Origin: Ruditapes philippinarum
Taxonomy: Eukaryota
Assembly (NCBI RefSeq): GCF_026571515.1
Contig: NW_026862394.1
Coordinates: 1 to 64,000 of the forward strand
Length of the DNA stretch: 64,000 bases
Direction of reading: 5' to 3'
The notes below the pieces were generated by a model, which searched no databases, was not told where the DNA came from, and worked only from the letters and a program-made list of their open reading frames with translations. Made by a program: the position numbers and the translations under genes. Below are positions 1 through 12,982 of this stretch, piece by piece. Position 1 is the first letter of the stretch, and each line of letters starts with the position of its first letter.

Positions 1-1310
1 ACGCTTCAGTATGCGCTAAACGTGTCAGCGTCTTTTATTCAAGTTGATATAAATTTAAGGTAGACTGTCACTTAACATAATGAATCGCAAACATTGATGT
101 ACAATATGACTGTGTTTATTGCAGATTCAGGCTGCAAATGTGGTGATGTTCATACAACTGTCCGTTTAACATGTACATTAGAGACACAAGAGTTATGTTT
201 GTTATAAGTTCAAGCTGTGAATTTTCTAAACGATAATATTTTACATACTGTTTCAAGATCGTCTAGGGGTGTCCAATGTCGATTGATTAAGGTCTTTGAC
301 TTCAAACTACTCCCCCTCACTGTTGCAGGTTCGAATCCAGATAGGGAGATTTCAGCAAGCGTATAAAACATCTGTGGTTCTACTCAGGTTTCTATCCATT
401 ATAATGCAAGGAGGAATAAATGAGGTGTTCACGCATCAGTTAAGCTAGAAAGTCGCTATGTGATCTATACCGTGTTCGTGTGACGGAAAACTCAACCAAA
501 AATAAAAAATAAAAATTTTCTTATTCCTTTTAAAGAGGATATAATTTTACACAAAAGCAATATTTTGCAGAATTGGTTGTGTATATGAAGCAAACATGTT
601 AAACTGAATGTTAAAGCCAAGTTTATATGCAAAACATGATCAAGAAAAATATATGATATAACACCACCAATAGCTAGCTCTCTGGTTTTCGTAACTATCA
701 TATGCTTTCCTTTGCTTGAATGCAAAGATTGTATATCCGATAGTACTATCATGATGCTTTTTTTCCAAATCCATCTCCTAATAAGGAATGTAAATATGTT
801 GTATTATTCACATACATTCAGTGAAAATGTAATAAATTCTTTCTATGCACGCCATCCCGTCATTTATAACATTAAAATGGCAGATTTGATTTTGTCTAGT
901 AGATAAACTTACAAAAGATTTTCTCATAATTTAAAATAATTATCTTCATTACAACGTCAATATGCAGACTGCAATAGTAAACAATCACAATAAAATGATT
1001 TGGGGCATTTTAACTTTGTTTGAAAGACTGTTATAACCATCATTGTCAATCATTATGCAAAGTAACACAATTTTATACAACTGAAAATGTGTACAGGCAT
1101 CATTATTCGTTTCTATAATAGGTTGAAGTGCATGATAAATAGGAAGTTTGGTTAAAAAGATACGTACTATGTTATTACACATACCAAGAGAAATAAAAAT
1201 CCTTTTTGTATTACCCGTTGAAAGGTGATATTTTAATGAGTGTGTGCAATGAAAACAAACCTGTATACATGGTGACAAAATATTGGTATTCTTCACAAGA
1301 AGTATCAGTT
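1..1310 (+). pseudogene. Decayed multi-Ig (IgSF) coding remnant, gene 'Q' copy A, interrupted by a SINE
   Basis: Frame +1: GDVHTTVRLTC (142-174), then after the SINE KHVKLNVKAKFICKT*SRKIYDITPP (592-669) and LLECK. A frameshift gives VYPIVLS* with TGA at the Trp position, then TPSRH...NG and FCLVD (~890-905). The motif order fits V-set then C2-set domains. Multiple stops and frameshifts. Confidence 0.6.
266..515 (+). mobile_element. tRNA-derived SINE (bivalve-type)
   Basis: tRNA-like head with B-box ggttcgaatcc, body gtggttctactcagg...aaagtcgc.atgtga, 3' gtgacggaaaactcaa plus A-rich tail; homologous copies elsewhere in the window. Confidence 0.85.
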
Positions 1311-2049
1311 TTTAAATGGGCAAATAAATAAAATTTCAATTTAAAAGTAAAAATACAATTTAAAAGTTTAATTTTTTAAAACGCATTTCTCGATTGTCAT
1401 ATCGATTTATTACCCGTATGTCATACAGATTGATTACCCGTTTAGGTATAATTTAACTTGAAACAAGAATAATGTGCTTTTGCATTATCATCTTCCTTAT
1501 AGTCCTTAAAGTAGTTTAATTTTCAGTAAAGTACATTTTGAAACTCGTGAAATTTTTCATTGCTGCCTTATCAGTAAATACCACATGCACGTATTAAAGT
1601 GCGTCCTACCTAACTTTCATAAATAATCAAATAAAATGTGCAAATAATCTTTTAATTTTGATCAAATAAATTAGCAAGCTGGGTTTAAACCGTAAACTAT
1701 TTTTAAAATATATACTCTGTTGTTACAGTTGTATTTTTTGACACTGGTTTGCTAATTCTATTGTATTTTAAATCAAAGCCCTATGTAATTTATTATAATC
1801 ATCCATTTTTCTATTGTATGAACTTTCTGTATCTTTTTTATAATTATTTGTTTTCACACTTTCAAATATAATGTAGATCTGGACATAATTTCGCTGTGTC
1901 TAACAGACGTCCAATAAGCATTCACAGAACGTTGCATTGATAATTTTATCTGATTCATTGGGTAGCCAATATATATAATTTAAATGACGTAAAAGAACAT
2001 TGATTATAAGACAGTGTTTTAGTTGCAGCATTTATCTAATCTTCTACCA

Positions 2050-4410
2050 AATACAGTTAAGAGCTTGGCATTGACCATAATTGGTTTTGAATTTATGTAT
2101 TTAGATAATGTCCCTGTCTACTATGTTTAAACACAATATAATTATCGATACATCTTGTCATAATGTGCTTTTGCATTATCATCGTCCTTATAGTCCTTTT
2201 TTGTGTTCCTATACATTATCTATATCTAGACACTGCTTTGTACGCTGATAAACAGTCGCATATTTTCACAACAAGACTCTTTTATCCAGCACGATCTTAA
2301 CGAGGCTAACTACTTAATATTGCTGTTTTATACGATGCTTTTCTTAAAGATTTATGTAATATATGATTTATAAAACAGCCTTTAAAAAACTAAAACATTT
2401 TTGTCATTTAACTACTTTATGTATTAAGTAATTTAAGAACACATTATAATCAGTATAATACAATATAATCAATGAATAAATTTTTGATGGATTGCAACTG
2501 ATAGATGTATGTTAAAATGATACTTGATGTATTTATTCCTGATCTTAAGAACCAAATGTAATCAGCGTATAATTAGTATTTATAATATTTGACAGATTGC
2601 GACCGATGGATGTATGATTAAAATAGTTGAAATTTTATGTATTGTAGGATATATGTTACTTATTAATAAAGGAGGTTAAATAATCATTATCATAGTAGAC
2701 ATTTGCTTGTAGACGGTAATGTTTTACTTAATGTGCAACTCTATAAATGCTCTCTACGAAGTAAATGCTATTCGTTGCATATAAAAACACAAAAGTACCT
2801 CGGTGTTCATAAAAATCAATTGAAACATCTGGTCATCAGTACCAGAGATCAATCTGATACAAATGAAAACAAAAAAAGCTAGCAATGAAGGGATAACTGA
2901 AGTTTATGCTTCCATGAATGTTATTCGCGTTTTGTCCTTTACCTATACGCCGTTTTATATTATATTTATGTATATACAAATGCCCTTTGTTTATTTCTGT
3001 AATAACTAATTGGATTCATATATTAAACCATGTGAATAAAACTATTAGTAAATATAATTAATTCATTTAAGATTTAGACAATTGATTATGGATATAAATA
3101 CAAGTATCAAAAGAAATATGATAGTGAAAGAACAAAATGAATGATGCCAATTCTTCTCCCTCATTACAATATAATAATGCCACATTCTCTATAAGTAATT
3201 ATCATTTGAGACGACTGAATAGACATGTATTGTTTTGTAGGTAATAACTTACGTCAGTATGATATTATTCTATTACTTTGATATTATTTAGCTTTGCTTT
3301 ATCAGATAATTAGTCTGGTGAATTAAGCCCTCGGTACAACTGGTTTAAAACATATTTGTTTTTTTCTCTTTCTCATTCTCTAAACGCCAAATGCATTTAA
3401 TATACTATGATCAATGAATAAATTTTTAGTTAATTCGGCGCTTACAAAACGGCAGTATTGTTATGTCTGGTCCTTTGATATTTATAGTACATATCGTACT
3501 AATGAACAACTTCACAGTAAAAAGGAATTTCTTTATAGAAACATTATACAAAAACCATCTTTACGTTCGTTGTTCAAGAACAAATACATGGCAACAATCT
3601 TTCATTATGGAAATATATAACACTTTTATCATTTCGTTTGATAAAAATCATTTGATGAATCATATTAAGCAAAAATATTTATGGAAATTGCATATTATGT
3701 AAACAGCGGTTGATTTAGAATGTGAAGTAATTAATTGCTGGTAAATAGCTTCAAGTCGACAGTCTGCCAGGAACAGGCTAAACTGTACTCTGGTGAATTC
3801 AAGTGGCTTACTGCCTTGGTCTGGAGGGTAAATTACAAAAAACAACACTACCACTCAAATCTTAAAAACGATATGAAAAGATTATTTTGATATAAGAAAT
3901 TGTGTTCAGTCTAAAAACTTTCTGCATTTTATCCTTATCTTAATTAAGTTTTTCAAGTAAAAACTATGAGCACAATGGTTTCATTCTTGCTAAACTGTAA
4001 TTCTGTTTGAATTTTGTTCAACGTTGTAAACATGCTTTTGATCACTGCGTCTCAAAGAAAATTTGGCCAAGTACTTATTAAAGGCACAGTTGATTAATAG
4101 TATCTGATGTTTGCAGGTTTTACACATCGTTAAATAAAAAAAGAACTTTTGATACCTGTTTCTCATTACGCTTATTAAAAACCTAGACATACCGTTTTAT
4201 TGTATTACAATTGTATAATTTCGCAAGCATGAAATCTGCAGGAATACATGACATTTTTCATTCAGCTGAAATACACATAAGAGAGACATATTGCACTTTT
4301 TACTTTGCAGTAATGTACGTTTTTAGACACGTTTATCATGAAGCAAAATACACTTAAATCTATCAATTCTAGCAGAATCTATCAATATTTATGAAAACAC
4401 ATTTTTATTG
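2050..4410 (-). pseudogene. Decayed IgSF gene 'R' copy A
   Basis: ORF 3660-3854(-) contains LFFVIYPP (Ig linker). ORF 3990-4190(-) has SLRRSDQKHVY (E/F-like). Inverted homolog of 29290-31700. Confidence 0.5.
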
Positions 4411-5939
4411 TTGTTGTTACCGCAAATTATTACAAAAACAGATAATCTAGAAATACCATTAACAGGAAAACAACTGGCTTACTAAATACATAAGAAATAT
4501 CCATGGGCCTTAAATAATATAAGATTTAACTACATTATACCTATATCGTGTAATGCGTTACGGTAGTAACTGCAGCCTAAATAAGTTGTTATTTCTTGTT
4601 TTGATTAATGGACACAAATTCGAACAACTAGACGTTCTATTTCCTGTTATTACTTCGGATCTTAATTGCATTCTCTGTATTATAAGTTGTAAAAGCTATC
4701 ATTTACGATAAAAATAACAAATATTGTTGTGGGGGCCGTTAATACATCTCCCCGTGCATAAAATCAGTGTGTTTTTTTGTAATTATATTACAGTTATTTT
4801 GCTATGTATTAATTCAACAGTTTATATAATTTTCAATCACAACTAGATACATGCTGCTTCTAAATATACTCACATCATTTAAAATGTGTTTCATGCTTTC
4901 ATGCATGTATACTTTTGAAATTATGCTATAATTATAAAAGTTCATTACTTTTATTTATATCTAAATGTGCACAGTGTTTAACAATTAAAATGAGAAGAAA
5001 TAAATAAGAATACCATGAAGCAAATATTGTTATTATAAAATTGCAATTTATAACATGTACCACTTTAATTTATAATTGGTAAGTTGTCACGATTGCATAC
5101 AAACTGTTTTGTTGGAAGGTAAAGGGTAAACATTTACACTTTGAAACTTCTGTATCAGATAATTAACGTAGCACGTAAAGATTATGGTACAAAACGTTTT
5201 ACATAGATAATTTCCCGTGTATATGATTTTATTTCTGAACATAAGTGCAATTATGCTATTGATCAATTAATGTATCAATTTTGTAAAGCTAGGGTTTTGC
5301 AAAATATTCACATTACATCATTTTACGTAGCGCAGCTTTTGGATTTTGCAGTTAATATCAGAATACATTTCCTGTCTAAAATCTCCTGAATTGTTTAATA
5401 ATAAAAGAATCTGTATACAATTACGATATTCAATATTGTCACCGGAAACCAGATGCAAAATGTTACGTTCTAATATACACCACGTTTACTCATATTAAGC
5501 ACCTTTCCTCATGTTTGTCATTTTGTGTTTTGCGTACTTTGATATCGAAATGACAGCGACCTCTTATGGTTATGACGGACAGTGAAAATATGGTTTGCCA
5601 TCTAGTCAAGTTTGCCATCTAGTCAGGTTCACGGGTAAAAATTATTCATTGTTTGAGTCTGTGAGCGTGCGGGATATTTTTAGAGAGCCGAGGTATTTAT
5701 CGAAGATCTTGTAAAAGTAATAAGTAAAATCCAATTGTATTTTTATCGTTTGCTTCTTTATTATATATTTTGCTAACATTAATGTATTTATGTCTTATGC
5801 CTTTCTCAGCTTCAGCTGACAGAAATACTTACACGCAATGCATTTATTATGTTTGGGTAATAAATTTCAATATTCCTGAAGATGCCACTTCATGACTGGA
5901 TCGTTATAATAAGAAAAAGATTCATTTTTATTTTAATAG

Positions 5940-7737
5940 TTTCTTTTGAAGAGCTGCTCGTTATTTTTGTGCTCATAGGTATGCCAGTCTCCGAAGTGAT
6001 TATCTTATTTAAAATTTGAATTTTCAACTCACGATAAATATTTTATCAGAGAAGGTATATTCTGTTTCACTTATAACTTATTGCAATTCTTAATATTAAA
6101 GGAACTTTTATCATTTTCTGATTAAAATAATCAAAGCTAGTTTACTGAACGGAGACAATTGCTTATAAATTAAAGTATGACGCAAACAGTCGGATTTTCG
6201 CTTAGTAAATAATCTTTTAAATTCAAGGTGTAATAAATGAGATATATTTAAAAAGATATAAAGTATAACGTTTTAGCTTGTGCACATTAAATTGTATATT
6301 ATAAAAGGTCTTAATAAAAGTTTTATCTTTGATTTATTATGTTAATCGTTTGTAGTATACGATTATTTGTTCCCTTTTTCATTTCTAAACGGTTTGGTTT
6401 CACGAGCCACCAACACAGTGAAGGCCATATGGCAACTTACACTATTTCAATCCGATATAGACTTGTAGAACTAATCGATTTGGATCATTTAAATAGTTCG
6501 ACGGGTCGAATTGGATGTAAACTGTATATGTGAATATGCTCATGTGAATCCTCTGTTTTCTCGAATGCAGGTATGACGGCTTCAAACAGACTAATGTTTA
6601 CGTCTACGCTAATGTTTTGCTCTCCATCTAACAGTTAGTTCAGTAACTCAATATGTAATTAACTATATGAATTTTGATTTGACTCTGATTATGTATTATT
6701 AAGGCTTAACAAATTGGTTATTATCTGATTATTGTCTTTCTTATTATTTGGAAAATACCCAGAGACGATAGTTGGAATGTAATGCACACAAATTCAGATA
6801 CTGGAAATAGGTCGCCGTACCTAAAGAAGCACTTTCAAAAGACTTTGAAGTTGAGAAAGTCTGGCACGAAATTGACTATTATGTAGCTTTGAAAGAGTCT
6901 GTGATTTAGTAAAAAATTGTATTTTTTCAATTTGAAAGTTTAAAAAGATATATGCTATAACGTAATTTAATTGAATTCATTTGAAAAGAAAAAAATCTAT
7001 TAATTTAGACATAGCTTTAGGGTACTTTTATGATTAAACTATGCTAAACCATTCCTATTATACATGTTGTGCACTTTATATATGAAGTACTATGTGGCGT
7101 CCCTGTACTAGTTTGCAATGCGTTAATATCAAATATGTGTATTTATACCTAGCTTTTTTTAGCACAAAATATGGGATATATAGATCATCTAATTAACATT
7201 CCCGGGAAAACATTAAACGTATTTAATACGTAATATGTCAATGTCAAGTGACCACGCAAATAATACTATGGTATCATTTAATTTGATTTGACTAAACAAA
7301 TTGTAAGCCTACCTGGTAACGTAATACCACATGTCTCCAACTCTATATTTATGCCACGAACCATTATGACATTATTTCTCCTTTTGTGACGGATACACTG
7401 TTGATGTCCAGCCACGTTCTTATACGAGGCATTCACAAATACTATTAAGTAATTCTCTGTAGTAAATTTAGTTTGTACAAAGCAAGTGATTAAAATTTGT
7501 AAAGACGATTGTTGGCGATCATCAACCTTTTTTCAGGGCAATGAACTTTGCATAATATGGCTTTCCGTCCTTTCTAATTATTAACAAACTAACATAAAAT
7601 TGACAGATAATATGTCATAATCTCATTAGATTAATGGTTATTTTTTACCACATTAAATTATAAACAACAGCAAAATACCCAATACAAGGGACTGCAATAA
7701 CTTATACTACAAACTTTATTACGACTTGATATCTTAT
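5940..7737 (+). pseudogene. Decayed IgSF gene 'P' copy A: signal-peptide micro-exon, V-set exon and a further Ig exon
   Basis: 39-nt phase1-1 exon 5940-5978 (ttttaatag|...ATAG|gtatgc; SFEELLVIFVLIG). Acceptor ttctcgaatgcag at 6570, then NVMHTNSDTGN (~6776-6808). Then FFQGNELCII (~7530) and LRLDIL+T|gtacat (7737). Confidence 0.55.
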
Positions 7738-8512
7738 GTACATGAGGAATCAATATATTTCGTTACACTTGTTACAGTTATTGCGTTAACTGAAAACAGT
7801 AAATTTACTTAAATCAGTAGTGTGATAACAAGTGCATTTTCGAATATTTCTATATAGTATTTGTTTCCTTTTTTGCGTTTTTCTGATTTTCCATTTCTTA
7901 TCATTTTACTGAAACTTATGATTGTCACTTTACGAAAATATTTTTACAGTGTAATACCGTGTTTAATATTGTTGTTTTTTGCATGTGTCTTTAATCATTG
8001 CCGGGTTCGTAACATTTTTATTGGATATGTTATGTAACCTTATTTCTAGTTAGAATGAAGACAGTCTCCAATATCGAAAACTACAAATTTATTTTAATCC
8101 GTTTGATATTCTTCTTCAAACATTCTTAAACTGTCTTTGCCAAATGCATAATACTCAAAAAAGATACTCAAAATATATTATGTAAAGAGAGTTTTGTGGC
8201 ATGTCATTTATTTATATGGAACACATGTAAACGTCGATTTTTGTATTTGTATGTATTTGTATGTTCCTGATTAATCAGAGTGACATACAATCTACTTTAG
8301 CCGGTGCTGGGGTTGGCTTGAGGGATTATTCTATTGTACACAATGGTCAGAATCAATTAAACCGAGTCTGCAATTTGAATGTAGTTTTTTTATTTGTTTA
8401 CGATTGATAACCAGTTTGTTATACATGTCAATTACTGGATTACTTTCCGATGAAAATTCGCTTGCATCCATGGCACGACAAAATAATATGTAATTTACAT
8501 ACACGTTTGTAC

Positions 8513-9626
8513 TGAATATGATTCATCAAATGATTTTAATTTTACAAAATGATAAAAAATAATTATATATTTCCATAATGAAACATTGTTTTCATGTATT
8601 TGTTCTTGATCAACGCAGGTTAAGATGGCATATTTTTTCTATAAAGAAATTCCTTTTCTCTTTGAAGTTGTTCAGTAGACGTATAATATGTACTATACAT
8701 ATCAAAGGAACAAAAATAACAACATTGTCATTTTGCAAGCGCAGAATTAAATAAAAGGATACATTTACTGATGAATAGACAATTAAAGGCATTGACGTTA
8801 ATAGATAAATGATATCAACGAGAAATAAACAAATCTGTGTTAAACCATTTGTACCGAGATCTTAATTCACCATACTAATTATAAGATAAAGCAAAGCTAA
8901 ATAGTATCAAAGTGAATAAGTTATATCATACTGACGTAAGTTGTTACTTATAAACAATACGTGTTTATGTAGTTGCCTCAAATGATAAAATACATATGGC
9001 AAATGTCGCATATTAGATTGTTATGAGACAGAAGAATTATCATTATTCATTTTATACTTTCAATATCATGTTTCTTATATTCGTAATCAGTTATCTGAAT
9101 CATAATTATACTAATTAAAAGATTATAATTTTATTCATATTATTTAACGTAAGAAGGAAATGAGTATTACTTTTAAAAAACGACATTGGTATATATGCAT
9201 AAATAATATTAAATAGCATGCAGGTATATGAGAAAAGGTGAACATTCTTAGTAGTATATACTTCAATTATCCTTTCATTGTTAACATTATTTAATTCATT
9301 TGCGCAAGAACTATTTTTGATATTTATGAACAGATTTTCAATTTATTTTCATGAACACCGAAAGATTTTGGTGTTATTATATGCAAGAATATTATTTACT
9401 TCGTAAATAGCATTTATAGATTTGCACATTAAAACCCTTTTATTACCAGAGGGTTATTGTTTTATTGATCACCTATTTGACAGAGGGTTTTCTAAGAAAT
9501 TACTATATTATAATATTAATATAATTATTATTATTTGTTATTAGTATTATGATAATTATATATATTTCCATATCTGCTAGTATAATAATAATTATTGCCG
9601 ATGGTATAATGATCTATATATTTATT

Positions 9627-9657
<31 letters not shown>

Positions 9658-10480
9658 TTATTATTATTTATTATTATTATTATGAAAATAGAAACGGCAA
9701 AAGCCGTCAATGCGGCAAATACGCCGAAAATAAGAGGGACGGCATATGCCGTCCTTATGGCAGTGAAAGGGTTTAAGTAAAACCTTACAGTGTGTAGGTA
9801 AATGACTGACATAATTATTATTGAACCTTGTGAATAAATGCAGTAACACATATCCTACGATACTTCAGATTTTAATCATTTAAACATATATCTACCGGTC
9901 GTAATCCATCAAAAATTATATTCATCTATAATTTACTGATGACATTTGGTTCTTAAAACAACGAATGCATACATCACGTACATCAAGTACCAAAATGAAA
10001 ATCGTTTTTATCTTTTTGTATATACTGTATAATATATCAAATCTTACTTAAACTTTAAAATATCATCAAATTAAACAGCTATGTTTCAGTAGATAACTTC
10101 ATTCGTTTTGATCAATTAATCAGGAAATTGAAAGTGTTGTTGTGATAATTTGTGTCCAATTATCAACGAAACAAGCAGTGTCCAGATTAGATAATGTATA
10201 AAAACATAAAAAGGTCTGTAAATTAGCAGGACGATAATGCAAAAAACCCATTATCTCACAAGATGTATCTATGATTATTTTGTATTTAAACAAAGTAGAC
10301 AGAGACATAATCTAAATACATAAATTCAGAGGCAAATGTGGTCATTGGCAAGCTCTTACCAATTAAGTGATAAAGTATTTTTCCTGTCAACTGTATTTGA
10401 TAGATAATCTTATCTTTTACATAAATAGATTGTGTGCTGGTGCATAAACAATATTTATAAACTAGGAAGAACATTTTAAA
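8513..10480 (+). pseudogene. Decayed IgSF gene 'R' copy B (5'-truncated at the A/B junction)
   Basis: LRW (~8620-8628), then FEVVQ*...NNNIVILQAQN (8661-8747), resembling C2-set C to F strands; homolog of 30020-31700. Confidence 0.45.
9433..9772. mobile_element. piggyBac-type MITE with AT-rich/(TAT)n interior
   Basis: Ends CCCTTT.../...GGCAGTGAAAGGG, flanked by TTAA (9429-9432, 9773-9776). The empty site tttgcaaaTTAAgtaaaac is in copy C at ~30941-30959. Internal palindrome GGACGGCATATGCCGTCC. Confidence 0.88.
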
Positions 10481-10599
10481 AAGGTTGTTCAAAAATAGCT
10501 CAATGCTTGCAATTAAAGCGGTTTTCCTTGCCTGTAAATTGAATATTACTTTTAACTTAAATTTGTCTTTACCCGTGTAAAACGGATACTAGTTTTGTA

Positions 10600-12982
10600 G
10601 TATATCTTGTATGGTTATCAAGATTTGGTCACCATAAATACAGGTTTGTTTTCATTGCACATAATAATTAAAATATCAACTTTCAACTTTTCATCGTATA
10701 TGTAATAACATAATTCATATTCTCTTTAAAAGCAACCTACCTATTTTATCATTTTATAAACGAATTATGATGCCTGTACAAATTTTCAATTGTATAAAGT
10801 TGTGTTACTTTTGCATATAGAATGACGCTGTCGACTATAACATAGTTTTTATAACTGAAATAAAATGTCCCAAATCAGTATTAAAGTAAGCATATTGACG
10901 TTGCAATGAAGATAATCATTTTATGAGAAAAGCTATTGTAACATTATCTGCCAGACAAAATCAAATCTGCCATTTTAATGTTGTAAATGACTGGCTGGCG
11001 TGCTTAGCAATAATTTATTAGATCTACATCGGAATTTCTGTGAATAATACAACAGATTTCCATTTCTAATTAAGAGATAAAGTTGATTAAAAGCGTTATA
11101 ATACTTCTATCGGATGCGCAATCGTTGCATTCAAACAAATGAAAGCCATTTCATATTCATGATTAGCAGACACCTAGCTACATGTATTTGCAATTCAATA
11201 TCATATAATTTTCTTGATCATGTTAATATATAAACTTGGCTAAAAGTTTGACATTTTTTGTTTCATATACACAAAAAATCTGCAAAGAAATGCTTTTATG
11301 TATTTATATTATATCCTCTTTTAAAAAAAAGGAATCAAAATTGCTTTTGGTTGAGCTGTGCGTCGCATTAACAAAGTATAGATCATATACATTGTAGTTA
11401 CTTTCTAGCTTAAATGGTGTGTGAAAACCTCAGATATTCCTCGGTGCATTATATCAGGGATAAAAAGACACGTGAGTAGAACCTCCGACGTTTTGTAAGC
11501 TACTTGGAACCTAAGGCAGTGAGGGATTTCGAACATTATGTAGCATGGATTGTTAAAAAATTCGATGCTTGAACTTATAAAGAACATTACTCTTGTGTCT
11601 CTGATGTACATGTTAAACGGACAGTTGTATGAACATCACTTGAATCTGCAATAAGCACAGTCATATTATACGTCATTGTTTGCGATACATTATGATAAGT
11701 GACATTTGAGCTAAATTTGATATCAACTTGAATAACAGATACCGACGTTTTTGTCGGTCTGAAGATGAATTGAAAATGAGTCAGTTGAGGTATGGCACTG
11801 AACCTCAAATGTTAATCAATTTTCAATAGATCGTCGCCGATTCGCCGATGGTGTTTAGTTTGGTCAAATACATTATTATATTTGTCTTTTATTGTTAGGT
11901 ACATATATTGCTAGTGGATTTTATTGAACTATTGTTTATGTTTTGTTGAAATTATAGAAAATATAATTATTACATTTGCATTTTAACTACAAAAAGTTCT
12001 TTTAGTTTTTGTCGAGTACTTGTATGTTATTATAATTCTAAATATGTTTTACCGTCTAGTATTATAATAAAAAATAAATTGTCAGCTATGATGACAACCT
12101 TATTCAAAAGTCACTACCTTATGTAATTATAAAAAAATAAATATCATTGGGAATATAATTATCTTCTTTATGTTGAAATGCTTGTAATTCTTTTATCTTA
12201 AGCATATTTATGTCAAATGATAACAAGGTAGGACAGTATGTAATTGTATTCTTTACATAAAGTTAGAAAGTGCGTTTTGACCGTATCAGGTATTAAAAAT
12301 ATTGTTTGTAGCAATTTCTTTAAGATCAAAATATCTTGCAAATTATAATAGTAATTCATATGCAATTTGATTTGCCTGTTAAACCTTTATAATGATATTA
12401 TGTTCATATGCTTTATGTTCATATAGAAAGTTTGTTTTGACCGTCTCAGTAATTAAAAGTATCATTTATAGAACATACGATCAAACTATTTTGCAAAATT
12501 GAATATTAATTCATATACAATTTGCATTGCCTTTCTTGATTCTTTATATGTTGCATATTTCATACAACATGTCTATACCATTTCCACTACGTTTGCAAAA
12601 GTACTTTGATTCGTGACCTCATTACGTTGCAATTATATTATTTGAAGTTGCTGAGAAAAACATTGACCGTTGAAAATCTCACACACTTTTTGCTATGGTT
12701 AATATACAGCTGCAGCATAAATCAGCTGAACCACATGAGCAACATTTGTTCAGATTTTAAGTTATTGTTCAGCACCTTTACGCAAAAAGTTATCTAGAAA
12801 CTCAGTTATATGTTTGTTTTTTTACATTTAAGATATAAAAATAAACAACAAAAATGCAGAACCCAAAACAAACACTCTAAAAGATAAGCATCTTTAAACA
12901 GCGTGTAATGCAATAAAGAACATGAGAAAACCAAAATTGAAATAGAAAACCTGTTACTTTGAAAGTGGCTTACTTTTTGCAT
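10600..12982 (-). pseudogene. Decayed IgSF gene 'Q' copy B
   Basis: ATG exon MQKVSHFQ (12982), hydrophobic micro-exon with mutated acceptor, NVMRS/HESKYFC (12595-12630), ORF 11587-11808 FIFRPTK...YNMTVLIADSSDVHTTVRLTC, and NG...FCLADN (10943-10975). Confidence 0.6.
11335..11525 (-). mobile_element. tRNA-derived SINE, head partly deleted; same insertion as 266-515
   Basis: Reverse-complement body (gagtagaacc, gtgcattat.tcagg, ctttctagct) at the homologous position. Confidence 0.8.

Larger units (their letters stand above)
1..8255 (-). repeat. Segmental duplication copy A: inverted copy of ~24000-33935; ~6900-7480 replaces ~24790-26790. Its 1-3680 part is also an inverted partner of 8513-11750
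   Basis: Collinear reverse-complement matches. Examples: ORF 3990-4190(-) MSRFLISVMRNRYQKFFF vs 29505-29711(+) MSRLLISVNRNRNQKFFF; 5880-6035 vs 27590-27745; 6810-6870 vs 26805-26870; 150-195 vs 33780-33830 and 11590-11640. Confidence 0.93.

Noticed and set aside
9531-9851. Overlapping poly-I/poly-N ORFs, also at 14305-14496 and 26363-26645
   Set aside because: Translations of (TAT)n and (GAT)n microsatellites and MITE interiors.
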